A DNA stretch of 63,958 bases, filler included, from Fonticula-like sp. SCN 57-25 (Eukaryota), in NCBI GenBank assembly GCA_001724245.1. It is 6 parts of 6 records of this genome, joined end to end, with 100 filler letters (N's around TTAATTAATTAA, not from the genome) between each part and the next. Parts side by side here need not be neighbours in the genome. Positions count along the whole stretch, not along the records: positions 22,107 to 32,607 come from MEDX01000229.1; positions 32,708 to 43,210 come from MEDX01000230.1; 4 more parts are not named here. The stretch is one strand, 5' to 3'. Position 1 is the stretch's first letter. Every line of letters starts with the position of its first letter. A program made the position numbers and the translations under genes. Positions 23,745-36,405 of this stretch are shown piece after piece. Below the pieces are notes generated by a model that did no database searches, was not told the origin of the DNA, and saw only the letters and a program-made list of their open reading frames with translations.

Positions 23745-26700
23745 TTAGAGAATGAGGTAGTCGAACCAGACATCGAGCAGCTCGACATTCGCCACCGCGA
23801 TGGCCCGCATCCTCTCCCGCGCCTTTGCCATTGCCGCCTCATCGTTCACTTCATCCCCATATGTGCGAGTCACATTCGTATCCACAGTCATTGCCATGTA
23901 CACCAGCGGCACCGACAGTAGCTGCGCCGCCACTTGGCACGGCATCTCCTCAATCACGTCCCCTATCCTTGCCAGCCGCTCTGGTACTGCCTCTGCCTGT
24001 TCGAGCAGCCGCAGCGCCACCGCCGTCGCGTCAAGCAGCCGCGGATCAGACGCCGCCGGCGTCCCCGCCCGCATGCGCCCAAACGCGCCAATCGCGTGAA
24101 TCAGAATACTCTCGAGGACCGTCGTGAGGCACTCGAGGCCGCCGCCCGACAGCAGCACAATCAGGTCCATCATGCGACCATTGGACTCAAGAAGGGACGC
24201 CACATGGTGATCGCGCTCGGATGTTGGCGGCCATGTGAGGCTCTCAATATACATTTGGAGCGGGTGGGACGCGAGGCTGGCGCCGAGGATACGCTCGGCG
24301 GCATAGTCGGCGAGGTCGAGCAGGCGCGTGGGGATTGGCTGGCCGTCGGCGGCGCGGCAGCACAGGTCCAATAGGACGAGCGGGCGAAGATCGTCAGGGG
24401 TTGACTGCAAAGCGGCGCGCGAAACAGAAATATTTGACGAAAGAGGCCCAAGTGTGCCGCTCGAGACGTACGCGACGAGCTCGCTGCTAGCGTTCGCCGC
24501 AGTGACAAGGGCAGATTTTTGCGCAATGTGGTGAAGAAGAGGCCGACGGTCGCGGTTCTGCTCAAACGGCGCAGACGGTCGCTTTTGGACTCCACGATTA
24601 ACCGAGCCGGCACGCAAAAGCGACGAAGAAGTACGCTCAGACAAAGATGCACGGCTGGAGCGGGACGAGCTCGATCGTGAAGACATGCTCGAGGCGCGGC
24701 CGCTTTTCTCGTCAACATCAACCATCACATCATCATCTACTTCTTCATTTGGCAGGACAACTTGTGCGGGGCCGAGGATGTAGTCAATGAGCGGCTGGCC
24801 AATGAGGCGGAAAAAGACATTGTCGTGACGACAGAGCATTTCCACTGTGCACATATTAGCAAAGAGACGCATGTAAATGTGACGTACGTAGGCGCACGAC
24901 GGTGTCGGCCGCGGCGTCGAAAGGGTCCAAAGATAGAAAAAGCGAAAAGAGACGCGCTGCTACGACGCTCGGGATGCGCGGGTCGGCTCCAAATGGGTCA
25001 GTTGGGTCCACCGACAAGAGCTGCAGCGTGACCGCAAGTAGCGCCGCGTCACCTCCATCATTGTCTTGACTCGTATCCGCGTCGCCAATGAGCCATAACC
25101 GCCAGATGACCTTTAAAAGAGCGCGCGTCGCCGGCCCGCCGCCTTCGATGAGCGGCGCCATGGCGTCCGACTCGGCGACCGCGGCGATGCGTCGCAGGCA
25201 GAGTCCCCTCGATGCGTGCGACGCAATAAACGGCGGCAACGTACCTGCGAGAATATCCAAAAAAGCTGTGTTTCCAGACACGAGGAGCGCACAAAGTGAC
25301 GCGGCTGCCGACACAAGCGTATCTTCACTCCTTGACTGCAGAGCAAGCACTTTTACAAACAGCGCGCATGCACGCTCAGTGTCAATCTGCGCAGCGGCCC
25401 ACTGAGCCAGCGGCAGCATAATAAGCGTAATTTCTGCGTCATTAGGCTCCTTTGAAAACTCGCCGAGCAGCACTCGCGAGAGCAGCTTGATGAGCGCGTC
25501 GTCCACGTCAGAGTCCGCGCCCGCATCGCTCACCCCGCCTACAACGCGCGGGAGCATCTGCGCCGACAGCGCATCGAGCATGGCCGCAGCGACGCGCGGA
25601 AACTGCTTCATTGTGCGCAGCGAAAACTGTGTGGCGGCCGGCAGAATGCTCGTCATGTCCTTTAGCGGTAGCCTCGAGGCGACGGCGGCGAGCAGTTGCG
25701 CGGCTGCGTCGGCGTCGAGCCAGCCAATGTCCGACGCAGCGCCGTGCGCGACTGCCCAGCGAGAGTACCGCACGCGCTGCTCAAGTGAGACAAGGCGACC
25801 GACAAGGTCGTCGGTGAGACCACGCAGCACCGCCGGCAGCGTCGCGGGGACAAAGAAAAAGACGGACGAGAGGACGGCCAGCGTGCCCCAGAGGTAGGAA
25901 AGGTCGGCGTGCCACGTGTGCTTTGGCGACGGCATCGCGTCAAGCATAAGAGAAATGTGGCTCATAATGGCGCGAGTGAGGCACGCAGGCTCGTCAGAGG
26001 CGAGCAGAGCGAGGGCCGAGCTAAATGGGCGCTTGTGGAACTCGTCCTCGAGTAGGGCGAGAACGTCGCGCGGTGCGGCGCGCTGCCGAAGGGCGTCCAG
26101 CTCAGATTGAACAACGCCAATAGAGGCTCGCAAAAGTGCCGTCGCCATTGGCTCGGGGACTTGCAGCGTGAGCTCGTATATGAGGAGACGTCGGAGCTCG
26201 GCGGCCTCGGGGACCTCAACGGGTCGGAGCCAGTACTAAAGGGAAGTAAGCATTTTAATAGGAATATGGCGGAATTGCGCACCCAGACCGACGGGGCAGA
26301 TACCAAAAGGTCCACATTCCGCGCCGCTGCAATGTCTTCTGCGAGGAGACCGCACACGAATGACCGGAACCTGATGCGGTAGGCGCAGCTGAACCGCGCG
26401 ACTATGTGGGCGTCGACATGAAGATTCGGCTGCCAGCCGGGCACATGCGTCTCCAGCATGTAAAGGCACCACTATAGTATAATAAATGTAAGTGCACTGT
26501 TGCAATGAGCAGGCAGCAGCGCACCTCGCAGAGCGGCGCCCATGCGTGCCTGACAAAGGCAAGGTCGTCAAGGACCCGCTCGGCATGCTGATCGGCCGGC
26601 TCGCCCATGAGCGCCATCGCGACACTCGATGACAGGCTACGGATCATCTCCACGCGGTCCTCTAGCGACGGTGATATACATGCAGCGTGTAGAGCCAGCG

Positions 26701-26746
26701 CGTCTGGAGGCGCTGCGAGCACGAGCTGCTCTAGCATGGCTGCCAT
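23745..26746 (-). CDS. INTS5: Large alpha-helical protein, probable divergent Integrator subunit 5
   Basis: About 950 aa in several exons. N-terminal HAWAP and AHI...F...CGL motifs and a C-terminal VPERL...QLLSV...NVELL pattern resemble recalled INTS5 motifs. Confidence 0.45.
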
Positions 26747-27044
26747 GCCCTGCGTCGCTGCCCCTCCAGTGAGAGTAAGCACTGCCCCTCAAGTTGACAC
26801 CTGGGATTTGGATAAACAAAGGGTTTTGCCTATATTCTGTAAATGGTTATCAAATGTTCCCGCGTTCTTGTATTTCCACAGGTGTATGTTGTCATTTTGA
26901 TGAATGTAAACCACTACATGTTTCATGGCATTGTCGCCTGGCATACCAATGAGCAATGTCTCTACTTTCAGCTTGGTGTAGAGTTCTGACGAACCTGCAA
27001 TCTGATCTGATTGGCCAATAGCGTGATACTTGAGGGGCACTGGC

Positions 27045-28580
27045 ATGGCGGACGGTGGCTCGCTGAACGACGGCGAGCCCGCATTGCCCGGCCAGGCCGA
27101 CGGCGTGACTATAGCGCTAAACGATCTGGCCCCACGCGACGCGACCAATATGACAACACCGATCGAGGGAATGCGACATCGGTCAGCGAGCCGCGCGACT
27201 GTAGATGTTGCCCTGCCCCCGGTCGAAGAAGATGCCCGCGCCGTGCTGGATGGCCTCGAGGCGATCCACAACATTGATTCCGACTCGACGATGGCCGCGT
27301 GGGATCAGTGGGAGAAAGAGGCCGCGGCCAATATTCACCGCAAGTGGTATTATCTTCCTGAAACGCGCGATGCCGAGACGGCCGCGCTGCCTCTCAAGGA
27401 GCGGATCTTTGTGACCATGTCGGTCCCCACGGCGTCAAAGTGGGCCTTTGCCTACTTTATCTACATACTGATCCTGATTCTGATGAGCACTATAACGTTT
27501 TGCGTGCAGACAATCCCTCCGCCGGACGATGAATTACTGCAGTGGGAATCAATGTGGTATGTCTTTGAGCTCGTCTACGTGATCAACTTTACGGGCGACT
27601 ATGTGATCCGTCTCGCGACGGCCCCCCGCAAGGTCAAGTTTATGTTGAACCCGTACAACATCATTGATTTTCTTACAATTATCCCCTTTTACATCCAAGT
27701 GATTCTTCTTTCGTCGCACGTAAACGCCGTCGCTGCACTTGCCGCCGTCCGCATCCTCCGCACGATCCGCATCCTGCGGGTGGTCCGCGTCGGCGGCGCG
27801 TCCCCGACCGTCATGATGATCGGTCACGCCTTTGTTCGCGCGCGCGACGGCATCATTCTTCTCATTGGCCTTCTCGCGATCGCGCTGATCTTTCTCTCCG
27901 CGTGCGTCTTTTTCGCCGAGGGCTCCGAGTCCCAGCTGCGCAACGGCGTCTACTACTACGTGAGCGGCCCGAACGCCGGCGAGGCGTCGTGCTTCCAAAA
28001 CGTGTTTGGCAGCATGTGGTGGACGCTTGTCACGATGACGACCGTCGGCTACGGCGACTGCGTTCCCGTAACGCCCGCCGGCAAGGTCGTCGGCGCCTTT
28101 ACGATGATCTGCGGCGTCCTCGTCATCGCCTTCCCCATCACAGTGCTCAACGCCAACCTCAACGAGGTCTACGCAGAGTTCAAGGAAAGGCGGAGGATTA
28201 AAAGGGCGCAGCGAAATAAATCCTTTGGCTTGCAAGACATCAACGCGCTCGTCGCAATGCTCAGCGTGCGCGCCGATCGGCAAGACGACATCGATGCGCC
28301 CCACATGAAGCGGCTCGCAGTCCTCGCGGACAAGCTCAAGATGATGAACGAGCTCAACCACGAGATAGACACGCTCATTAGCGGGCTCGCTATTGAGGAG
28401 GCGAGGCTTGGGATGGCGCACCCGCCGTCGCTAGGGTCATCCAGGGGGTCGCCAAGTGAGCCGCCATTGGACACGGCGTCCGTGGGCGGGTCGTCGGTAA
28501 AGCAGAGGGCGCGGCCCGTTAGTCAGGGGTCTCGGCCTGTCAGTCAGGGGTCGCCACCAGTGTCGCTGGCGAGTAGCTAG
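27045..28580 (+). CDS. Six-TM voltage-gated potassium channel (Kv-like, no obvious T1 domain), intronless
   Basis: NPYNIIDFLTIIPFY (S3), RILRTIRILRVVR (S4), WWTLVTMTTVGYGD (pore filter) and GVLVIAFPI (S6). Confidence 0.95.
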   Translation: MADGGSLNDGEPALPGQADGVTIALNDLAPRDATNMTTPIEGMRHRSASRATVDVALPPVEEDARAVLDGLEAIHNIDSDSTMAAWDQWEKEAAANIHRKWYYLPETRDAETAALPLKERIFVTMSVPTASKWAFAYFIYILILILMSTITFCVQTIPPPDDELLQWESMWYVFELVYVINFTGDYVIRLATAPRKVKFMLNPYNIIDFLTIIPFYIQVILLSSHVNAVAALAAVRILRTIRILRVVRVGGASPTVMMIGHAFVRARDGIILLIGLLAIALIFLSACVFFAEGSESQLRNGVYYYVSGPNAGEASCFQNVFGSMWWTLVTMTTVGYGDCVPVTPAGKVVGAFTMICGVLVIAFPITVLNANLNEVYAEFKERRRIKRAQRNKSFGLQDINALVAMLSVRADRQDDIDAPHMKRLAVLADKLKMMNELNHEIDTLISGLAIEEARLGMAHPPSLGSSRGSPSEPPLDTASVGGSSVKQRARPVSQGSRPVSQGSPPVSLASS

Positions 28581-28878
28581 AGGGTCAGGAAGAGCGCTTT
28601 GCTCGTTTTTTGGCAGGTTTGTGTTTGATGTTTGTGCGTAAGCACTGTGTATTGTATTTATGGACTTGCCTGAGCGCATTGTCTATGTTCCTGTTCGTAA
28701 CAATAATAAGCTGAAAGAGAATTATATAAGCCATATTCAACTGAAAGTAGACTGCTTTTTGCTGTGCAAATATGTCAAGTATACTTTATGGTCGTTTCGT
28801 AAACATTGCAATTTTGCAATTTGGCGCCAAAATCAAAATCGGGGAAACGGTGACCGTCAAGTGTTGCCGCCAAAGGGC

Positions 28879-30873
28879 ATGTCTTCGCCAGAATCGCCTT
28901 ACTCCTCGCCGCCGAGTAGCGCGGGTTGTACGCGCCGTGGCCTCTCGTTCACTTGTAAACTCACTTTTGCATTGCCGCGCCAGCTCAACCGCTTGTGTCC
29001 GTCGACATACCAGCGAGCCCATCCTTTGTCAAGATGATGCAGTCGTACCGCGTTGTCAAGACCAAGTACGGCTCGCGCGAAAAGGCGGCTCTTTCAAGCG
29101 ACTCAGCGGCAGTGGAGCCCATTGCGGTAAAGCCGCGGATAGCACCGGCGACGATGGTGCGGTACGGCCGGCACAACACTGCGTCATCATCGTCGCAGGA
29201 TGCCGGCTTGCGTATGGGAGCCGGTGCGCCATCGTCATCGCTGCCATCACAAGAAGAAAGTGAAGAAGAAGAGGAGGAGGACGACGAAGAGGAAGAAGAA
29301 GAGGAGACACAAGTGAGGCTTGCACCGCCGCTGCGAACGCGCACTCTGAATACACACGAGCTTGTGGAGGCCGGCAAACGCAGCGAGTTTGTGGACAACG
29401 TCGACTTTATGCTTGACGGCCTTCGGCAAGAGTGCCCTTTATCAATTCGGCACCAGAGCGCACAGACGCTCATTAAGAAGCTGTCTGACTCTTCCTTTCT
29501 ATTTGATTTTGTTGGTAGCGACATGACGAGGCGGACGTTCCGGCTGCTGCAGGACAAGCCGGACACCGCCCTCGAGGCGCTCACACTCTGCTTTGCGGCG
29601 CTCATTCTGCCGTCGTGGCCCGCTCTGGAGGCGCTCGTCGGCGAGTACGAATTCCTGCAGCTTGTCAGTTCGTGGCTGGACGGCATTGTCTCGCTGGACG
29701 GCCAGCTGCCGGCGTCAGTGCAGGTGCGTGGCAGAGTAAGAATATTTCGTGCTAAACAGAGGATAGGCTACCGTAGACGAGTTCTTGACGCCACGCCTCG
29801 AGAGGCAAGAAGACGAACCAAATGTGCGCGTAGTGTCTTTATGTTGCTTTGTTGCGTGGGGCGGGGACTGTTCTATGCATCATATTTTTCTGATCTACTT
29901 TTGTGCCTTTTCTGACTCTGTCCGCAGGACCTTGTCTTTGCGCAGCACCTTGTTGCCCTGCGCCTGCTCGACTCGCTCTCCTCGCGCCCCATGAGCGCCT
30001 CCCTCCGTGTCTCTCTTCACTCTTCCGGCGTGAGCCACGCCCTCCTTCGCGCCGCCCGCCGCGCGCTCCTCTCGCCCTCGCCGTCCAGCCGCGCCTCTTT
30101 GCTGTCCCTGCGCTCCCTCGAGGCGACCATGTTTCAGAATGAGCCGCTTCAGCAGCTTGTCACGAACGACGCCGCCTTCCTGGACGCGTCCCTCGCCGCG
30201 CTCGCCGTCACTGCCGCCAACGACGACGACGCCCTGCGCGGCGCCCTATTGGCCGTGCTCGTGAACGCGACCAATGAGAATGCACCTGGGTGCCGCCATG
30301 TGGGCGCTAGCGATGACGGCGCGCACCTTGCGCTCGTGGTGCGGTGCGTGCTGGACGCACGCGCATCGTTCGATAGTCACGTACAGGCCATCGCGTTGCT
30401 CGTCAACCTCATTGAGCACGATAGGAGGAACCGCGAGGCGCTCGCGACCATCACTGTGAATGGTTTTGTGGATGACAACGTGGAAGATGAGGCGGCGCTG
30501 GATGGGGATGGCGATGGCGATGAGCGGCTGCAGAGCGCGCTGCTCGCCGTGGCAGATTTGTTTGAAAAAGAGGGAGAGGCGGGGCGCAACACAACAGAGG
30601 AGCGTGTCAGGGGGGCGTACCAGGCGCTCCTCCTTGCGTGTGCCATCAAGAATTGCCTGCCAAACGAGGAGATTCTGATTGGTGCGCTCGACTATCCTCT
30701 CATTTATGTAGCTAAATGTGGGTCTAGAGCGGCTCGGAAAGGGGTGCGTTGCAGAGTTGAGTACCATTCTGACGCAGTTTATCGAGTTTCATGATACGGT
30801 GGGGGCCAACTGGAAGCAGCCGATAGAGTCGATACGGCGCGTCATCCGGTACCTGCGCGAGCGGACCCTCTGA
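28879..30873 (+). CDS. WAPL: WAPL cohesin release factor, multi-exon
   Basis: An acidic disordered N-terminus, then HELVEAGKRSEFVDNVDFMLDGL...PLSIRHQS, and HEAT-like LVNATNEN and LLVNLIEH. Confidence 0.75.
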
Positions 30874-31145
30874 TGCTGACATATTCGACATGGCTTTTCC
30901 CCGAGTATCACTTGCATAGCACCATATAATATATCATTGTTGCCGCAAACGTGTAATAAGCATGCTGTTTAATAGTGGGCAGAACTATACCCCTACAGTG
31001 TCTAAAAGTGCGCAATTACTCGAACTGCACTGCACTGCAGGGCCACACTGATGACACACCATAAGATCACGTGCTTTTGTTGGGGTTCTCGACGGTTTCT
31101 GATTTCCACGCGGCCCTGCCTGACGTCCGATCCCTCCTCGCCATC

Positions 31146-32349
31146 ATGTCGCTCCGCGGTTCGATCGTGGGTATGTGCAACCCGCTCCTCGACATCTCGT
31201 CGTCTGTCTCGACGGATCTCCTCAACGCGTACGCTCGCTTTTCCTGAAAACCGTTCTCTGACTAATCCGTCGACAGCTACAAGCTCGAGTCCAACTCTGC
31301 CATCCTCGCCGAGGATTCGCACATGAGCCTGTACGCACTTGATTCGTTCCCTTTTTTTTCGTATGTTTATTCTAATTAATACTCTAGTTACGACGAGCTT
31401 GTTGAGAAGTTCCCCGTTCAGTACATTGCCGGCGGCGCGACGCAGAACTCGATCCGCGTGGCCCAGTGGCTGCTCGAGGAGCCCCACTCGACGACCTACT
31501 TTGGCGCCGTTGGTAAGGATGAGACCGCCAAGAAGCTCCGCGAGGTCGCCTCGAGCGTCGGCGTTCGCGTCGAGTACATGGAGGTTGAGGATGTCCCCAC
31601 CGGCAAGTGCGCCGTCCTCCTCACCGACAAGCACCGGTCCGTTCAAGTTATTGTCTGATCCTGTCGCTGACTCCTTTTCCCTTTGCAGCTCGATGGTGAC
31701 GCACCTCGGCGCCGCGATCAAGTACCACCCGAGCCACCTCCAGCAGCCCGAGCAGTGGGACCTCCTCAAGCAGGCCAAGGTTGTCTTTGTCAGCGGCTTC
31801 TTCCTGACCTCGTCCGCCGAGAGCGCCCAGCTCGCCGCCGAGAACGCCGCCGCGACCAACCAGATCTTTGCCTTCAACCTCTCTGCCCCCTTTGTTGCCC
31901 AGTTTTACAAGGACGCCCTCCTCAAGCTGATGCCCTACTGGGACTACGTCATCGGCAACGAGGCCGAGTTCGAGGCCTTTGCCACCGCCATGGAGTGGAA
32001 CCTCGGCCAGAATGACCTTGCCGAGATCACCCGCCGCGTGGCGCTCCTCCCCAAGACCAACACCAAGCGCAACCGCGTTGTCATCTGCACGCACGGCGCT
32101 CTCCCGACCATCATCGCCCACGCGCACGCCGACGGCACCGCCACCGTCACCGAGCACCCCGTGATCAGCATCAAGCCCGAGGACATTGTCGACACGAACG
32201 GCGCGGGCGACGCGTTCGTCGGTGGCTTCCTCTCGCAGCTCGTCAAGGACAAGCCGATTGAGGAGTGCGTGCGCGCGGCCAACTATGCCGCGTTCACCGT
32301 CATCCAGCACGACGGGTGCACGTTCCCCGAGAAGCACTCGTTTGCGTAG
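31146..32349 (+). CDS. ADK: Adenosine kinase (PfkB family), multi-exon
   Basis: GMCNPLLDIS, IAGGATQNSIRVAQW, FNLSAPF, IGNEAE and IVDTNGAGDAFVGGFL. Confidence 0.96.
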
Positions 32350-32607
32350 AGCGAGCATTTGCATAGGAGATGTACTTGGCAATAAACATTGAACACAACA
32401 TGCCTGGCCATAAAAAAGAGTATTGTGACATGGTTGTTACAACGTTGTTATGTGGTTGTGACATGGTTGTACGGATAGTCGGATGGGTGGTTTTATTCAC
32501 GCTAGAATTTTACACAGTTTTGAACGAAAGGATGAAAGGAGCGAATACTATAGCTACTCACATAACGCGGCGCGTTGCTTTGCACCGAGCAACACTACAA
32601 ACACACA

Positions 32608-32707
32608 NNNNNNNNNNNNNNNNNNNNNNNNNNNNNNNNNNNNNNNNNNNNTTAATTAATTAANNNNNNNNNNNNNNNNNNNNNNNNNNNNNNNNNNNNN
32701 NNNNNNN
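32608..32707. other. Artificial contig linker
   Basis: N44-TTAATTAATTAA-N44. Confidence 0.98.
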
Positions 32708-33811
32708 CAACGCAATTCTCCAGATGATCACCGACAAGACGCTGATCGACAAGAAAGCATCTGATTCGAGCCGCGGTCTCGTCGGCACCGCATGGTCCTT
32801 GGTTTCGCGCGCGATCTGGGGTTCGTCTCCGACTCTCCCACCAATGGAAACTGTGCTGGTAGACACTGAATCCGCAGATTCTGCTGCTTTGGACATTCAG
32901 CGCCGGCTCAATGAGCGGGCACGCTCCGATCCCAAGGCGCCGTCCGTGCTGACAGTGGAGCAGTTTGCCACCCAGTTTGGTCATGGCTTGCCAATGTCCT
33001 GCCCGCAGGACGTGGACATTGTTCTCTCCCGACTTGTTGCAAAGAACATTGTCTCGGTAGAAGCGGCCAAGTCGCATCGCCTTGTCAAGATCGTGTCGCA
33101 GCGCCCCAAGGGCGAAGTGGGGGTGACAGAAGGCGAACTGGCCATTCTCTCAATACGGATGGTCATCGAGTCAATTGAGAAGCGTGAAAAGGAGGTGGCG
33201 AATGAAGTTAACCAGTACGTTTTTTGCTTTGTTGCTTTGTATTTTCAGGCTCCTGACGTTGTCGCGCAAGGTTTACCGCTCAGCTGAAGCAGCTCATGCA
33301 GAACAAGGCGCCAAAGTCAACTCAGATCGCGGTGCTCAAGCGCCGTCGTCTCCGGACAGACATGCACGACACAATTCACCGTTTGCTTTTTACGTTAGAG
33401 TCAGAGTTGAATCAAATTGAGATTGCGCAGTTCTCTGGCCTGACCCTTCGGACGCTCGAGTCGGCCATTCCTTCCTTGAAGCAGCTGCTGGACGACACGT
33501 CGATAGAGCGCATCGACAATGTGACAGACAAGCTCATGGACCTCGCTGATCGCCAGCAAGACATCAACGCCGCCCTGGAGAGGTCGATGCCGAGCGCCGC
33601 CCCTGTGGACGAGGACGACCTGGAGGCCGAGCTCGAGTCTTTGATAGCCGCCAGCAATCCCACGCCGACCAAGACTGCGGACCGCAGTTCCAGCAGCATC
33701 GTTGACAGTCTACCGAATGTGCCCTCTGATACTAGCTCAACGACACAACTCGCAGAGGGGATGGAGAGCATGTCTCTAAAGGAGCACTCTAAAACTAAAG
33801 AGGCAATCTAA
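32708..33811 (+). CDS. CHMP7: CHMP7-like ESCRT-II/III hybrid protein, 5'-partial
   Basis: C-terminal Snf7 domain (LKRRRL, IERIDNVTDKL, DEDDLEAELESL) preceded by an extended N-terminal region with a W-x6-IW amphipathic segment. Confidence 0.7.
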
Positions 33812-33918
33812 AACCGATTCAACTATTATTGTAATGCAAGGATGACAAGGATTAATATATACAATGCTATGAACACGGTGAAACAGACTTTAAAAACATT
33901 CCTCTTTGCAATGGAGCT

Positions 33919-35693
33919 CTAGTCGCTATCCGACGACTCCAACTCACTCGAATCCTCCAGCAAGAAATCGTCCCCGAGGTCCTCGACGGCAGCGTCCTTG
34001 CCGGCAGACGCGACACGTCTCCGCTTCACCGGCTCGGCCTCCTCCTCCGACGCGGAATCTGACTCGCTCGACGAACCCGATGTCGAATCCTCGCTCTCGG
34101 TGTCGCTCTTGCGGCGGCGGCGCGCGGGCGGTCTCCCGACGGGCCGCTTGGAGGGACTCCGCGGCGCCTTGTCGCCCTTGCTCCCACCAAAGCGCCTCCC
34201 CACGGCCGACTTGTTGAGCTTTTGGGCGGGTCGCGGGCCGGCGGACGGCGACTTGGCGCGCTCCGTCTCGGATGCGGACTGGGCGGCGGCATTCTCGCTG
34301 TCGCCCGTGGCAGATATCGTCTCTGTCGGCTCGCCATTGACGTAGTACGTCTTGTGCTTGAGGTGCCAGGTGACGCTGATGCACGCGCCAATGGTGCGGA
34401 ACTGGTGGACAACCTTGCGCGGGATAAAGTAAATGTCACCGCCCGACAGCCTGATGCGCGAGTAGCGGATGCCTTGGCGGCGCAAAAAGTTGAGCTTTGC
34501 TTCGTCAATCCACATCAGAGAGTCAATGAGCTGGTCCTTTGCCTCCTCGTGAAAGTAAAGCCCGCACGTCTCGGCGACGCGGTCCATGTCGCCGCCGTGG
34601 AACGCAACAATGTCCTTGAGCTCGTAGCTTTCCGCGCCCGCCGTGGCGCCCTGCACAAACCCGGCAGCGGCGACGGGGTGGCGGAAGGGGAAGAGCCCAG
34701 CCATGTCAGCGTGCGCGCCGGTGCGGTCCTCAATCAGCTTCTCGCGGGGGCGCTCATTGCGCGGCATCAGCTGCAGGCGGTCAAGCACGGTGCGCTTGCG
34801 CGAGGGCGTGCCGCCGTTGTTGGCAGTGCCGCCAGCGCCGCTCGGAAGCTCTTGGAGCGGCACCGTCTGCTCGCCGGCGCAGCACCACATAATGGGCCCG
34901 TCGTCGCTGTCCCCGGGGTCGAGGTTGTCGTACATCGAGTTGGAGCCCCAGGGGAGCACCTCTTTCAAAAAGGGGTGCGATTCCAGAACTTTAAGCACTT
35001 CTTCAAAGTAGCCGCCCCGTTCCTCCTGCTGGCAGCCAACCAGGCTAATGTTGCGCATGGTGCCGGCCCGGTGCGTGCCGGCCTGGTACGAGCGCTCGAC
35101 GTCCGAAATGTAGTCAGAGATCGTGCTGACGTGACACAAATGCTTCTGGCCGAACGACTCGACAGACACTTCCGTGCGGGGGAACTTGTCCGAAACCATG
35201 CGCAGAATGTTGGGCACGTTATTCGCGCCACCGTGCACTATCCCCATCACAAAGTCAGGGACGCCGGGCTGTGATTCGCGAAAGATGATATCAAAACTAA
35301 GGGGAAAATAGTAAGTAAACAGAGCAGATCTATGAAGCGATTCGCACCTCTGCTGTGAAAATATCAATTGCTCAGACGGAGAAAGCGCATCCCAGTTCAG
35401 GCGGTACACATGGCAAACGGCAGCGCCGCCGTTCGCTGACGTCTCTGACACGACATAGTTTCCCCGATCTTCGTGCAACAACGTCACGGTTTCCGAAAGT
35501 TGCAACGGCACACGAGACCCAGCAGCTTTCCCTTTCTCCGACTGCTTCGCCTCTTCCGAAGCCGCGCAGCCGTCCGCTGGCTGCTCAACTGATGGGCAAG
35601 TCAGCAAAAACCGCAAACCGGGCGCCCTGACGATGAATTGAACGCACCTTTTACCGTCACCTTTTCGCTCGGCGCCTCTTGCTTAAACTCCAT
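33919..35693 (-). CDS. RSBN1: RSBN1/DPY-21-like putative H4K20 demethylase (start may be 35741)
   Basis: DSDDGPIMW..GEQTVP, EDRTGAHAD and WIDEAKLNFLRRQGIRYSRIRL..GDIYFIPRKVVHQFRT match RSBN1 family motifs. Confidence 0.85.
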
Positions 35694-35891
35694 GTGCTGC
35701 AATCCCGCCAGGTGTAGCTGTAGAATGGCTGGGCTTGTCATTTGTCCGCGCGATCAGTGTCCTGACGTGAGCACCTGCTCAGCGTGCCGTGGGGGTGTCA
35801 GCGAGACACGGAACAACACAAATCGAACTTGTGCACAGTGCTGTGGGCAGGAAACGGTCCCAGTTGTCACAGTGCTGTGGGCTTGGCGGTG

Positions 35892-36299
35892 ATGCGTGGC
35901 CGGCTGCTGTACCCCAAGGCGAGCACGCTTGTCAAGGTGTTTGCGACGTCTGCGGTGGCGAGCTATGTGTTCACGACACTCAATATAGAGACGCTGGGCC
36001 TGCGTCCGAACAGGTGGTACTCGATGATTGACAGGTCCGTCGACCACATCTTTACTCCGCTTCAGGACGACTACACCGCCGCCATGGTTCGCCTTTTGAG
36101 CAAAGATGAGCCGCTCGACCTGGTGGACTGGGCGACCATTGCGACCCACATGGGCCGCGTGGGCGCGCAGAGCTATGCGGCCAATGCTTTCTACCAGGGA
36201 TACCTTTTGACCGGCGGAGAGGCATCGAGCATGCGGAACTGGATGCACCAGGCGTACTTTGAATACGAGACGCCCGCGTCCGAGTCGGAGCAGGCATGA
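35892..36299 (+). CDS. Small hypothetical protein (135 aa)
   Basis: ORF with coding-like GC3 bias followed by an AT-rich 3' region. No recognisable domain. Confidence 0.5.
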   Translation: MRGRLLYPKASTLVKVFATSAVASYVFTTLNIETLGLRPNRWYSMIDRSVDHIFTPLQDDYTAAMVRLLSKDEPLDLVDWATIATHMGRVGAQSYAANAFYQGYLLTGGEASSMRNWMHQAYFEYETPASESEQA

Positions 36300-36405
36300 G
36301 GAGCAGCACTCTAATTTATGTGTATAATATTTTTATCGTGTACATTCTCTGCATATGAGATAGACTGAATTGAAAGGCACCTACTTATTCACACATCAAG
36401 CACAC

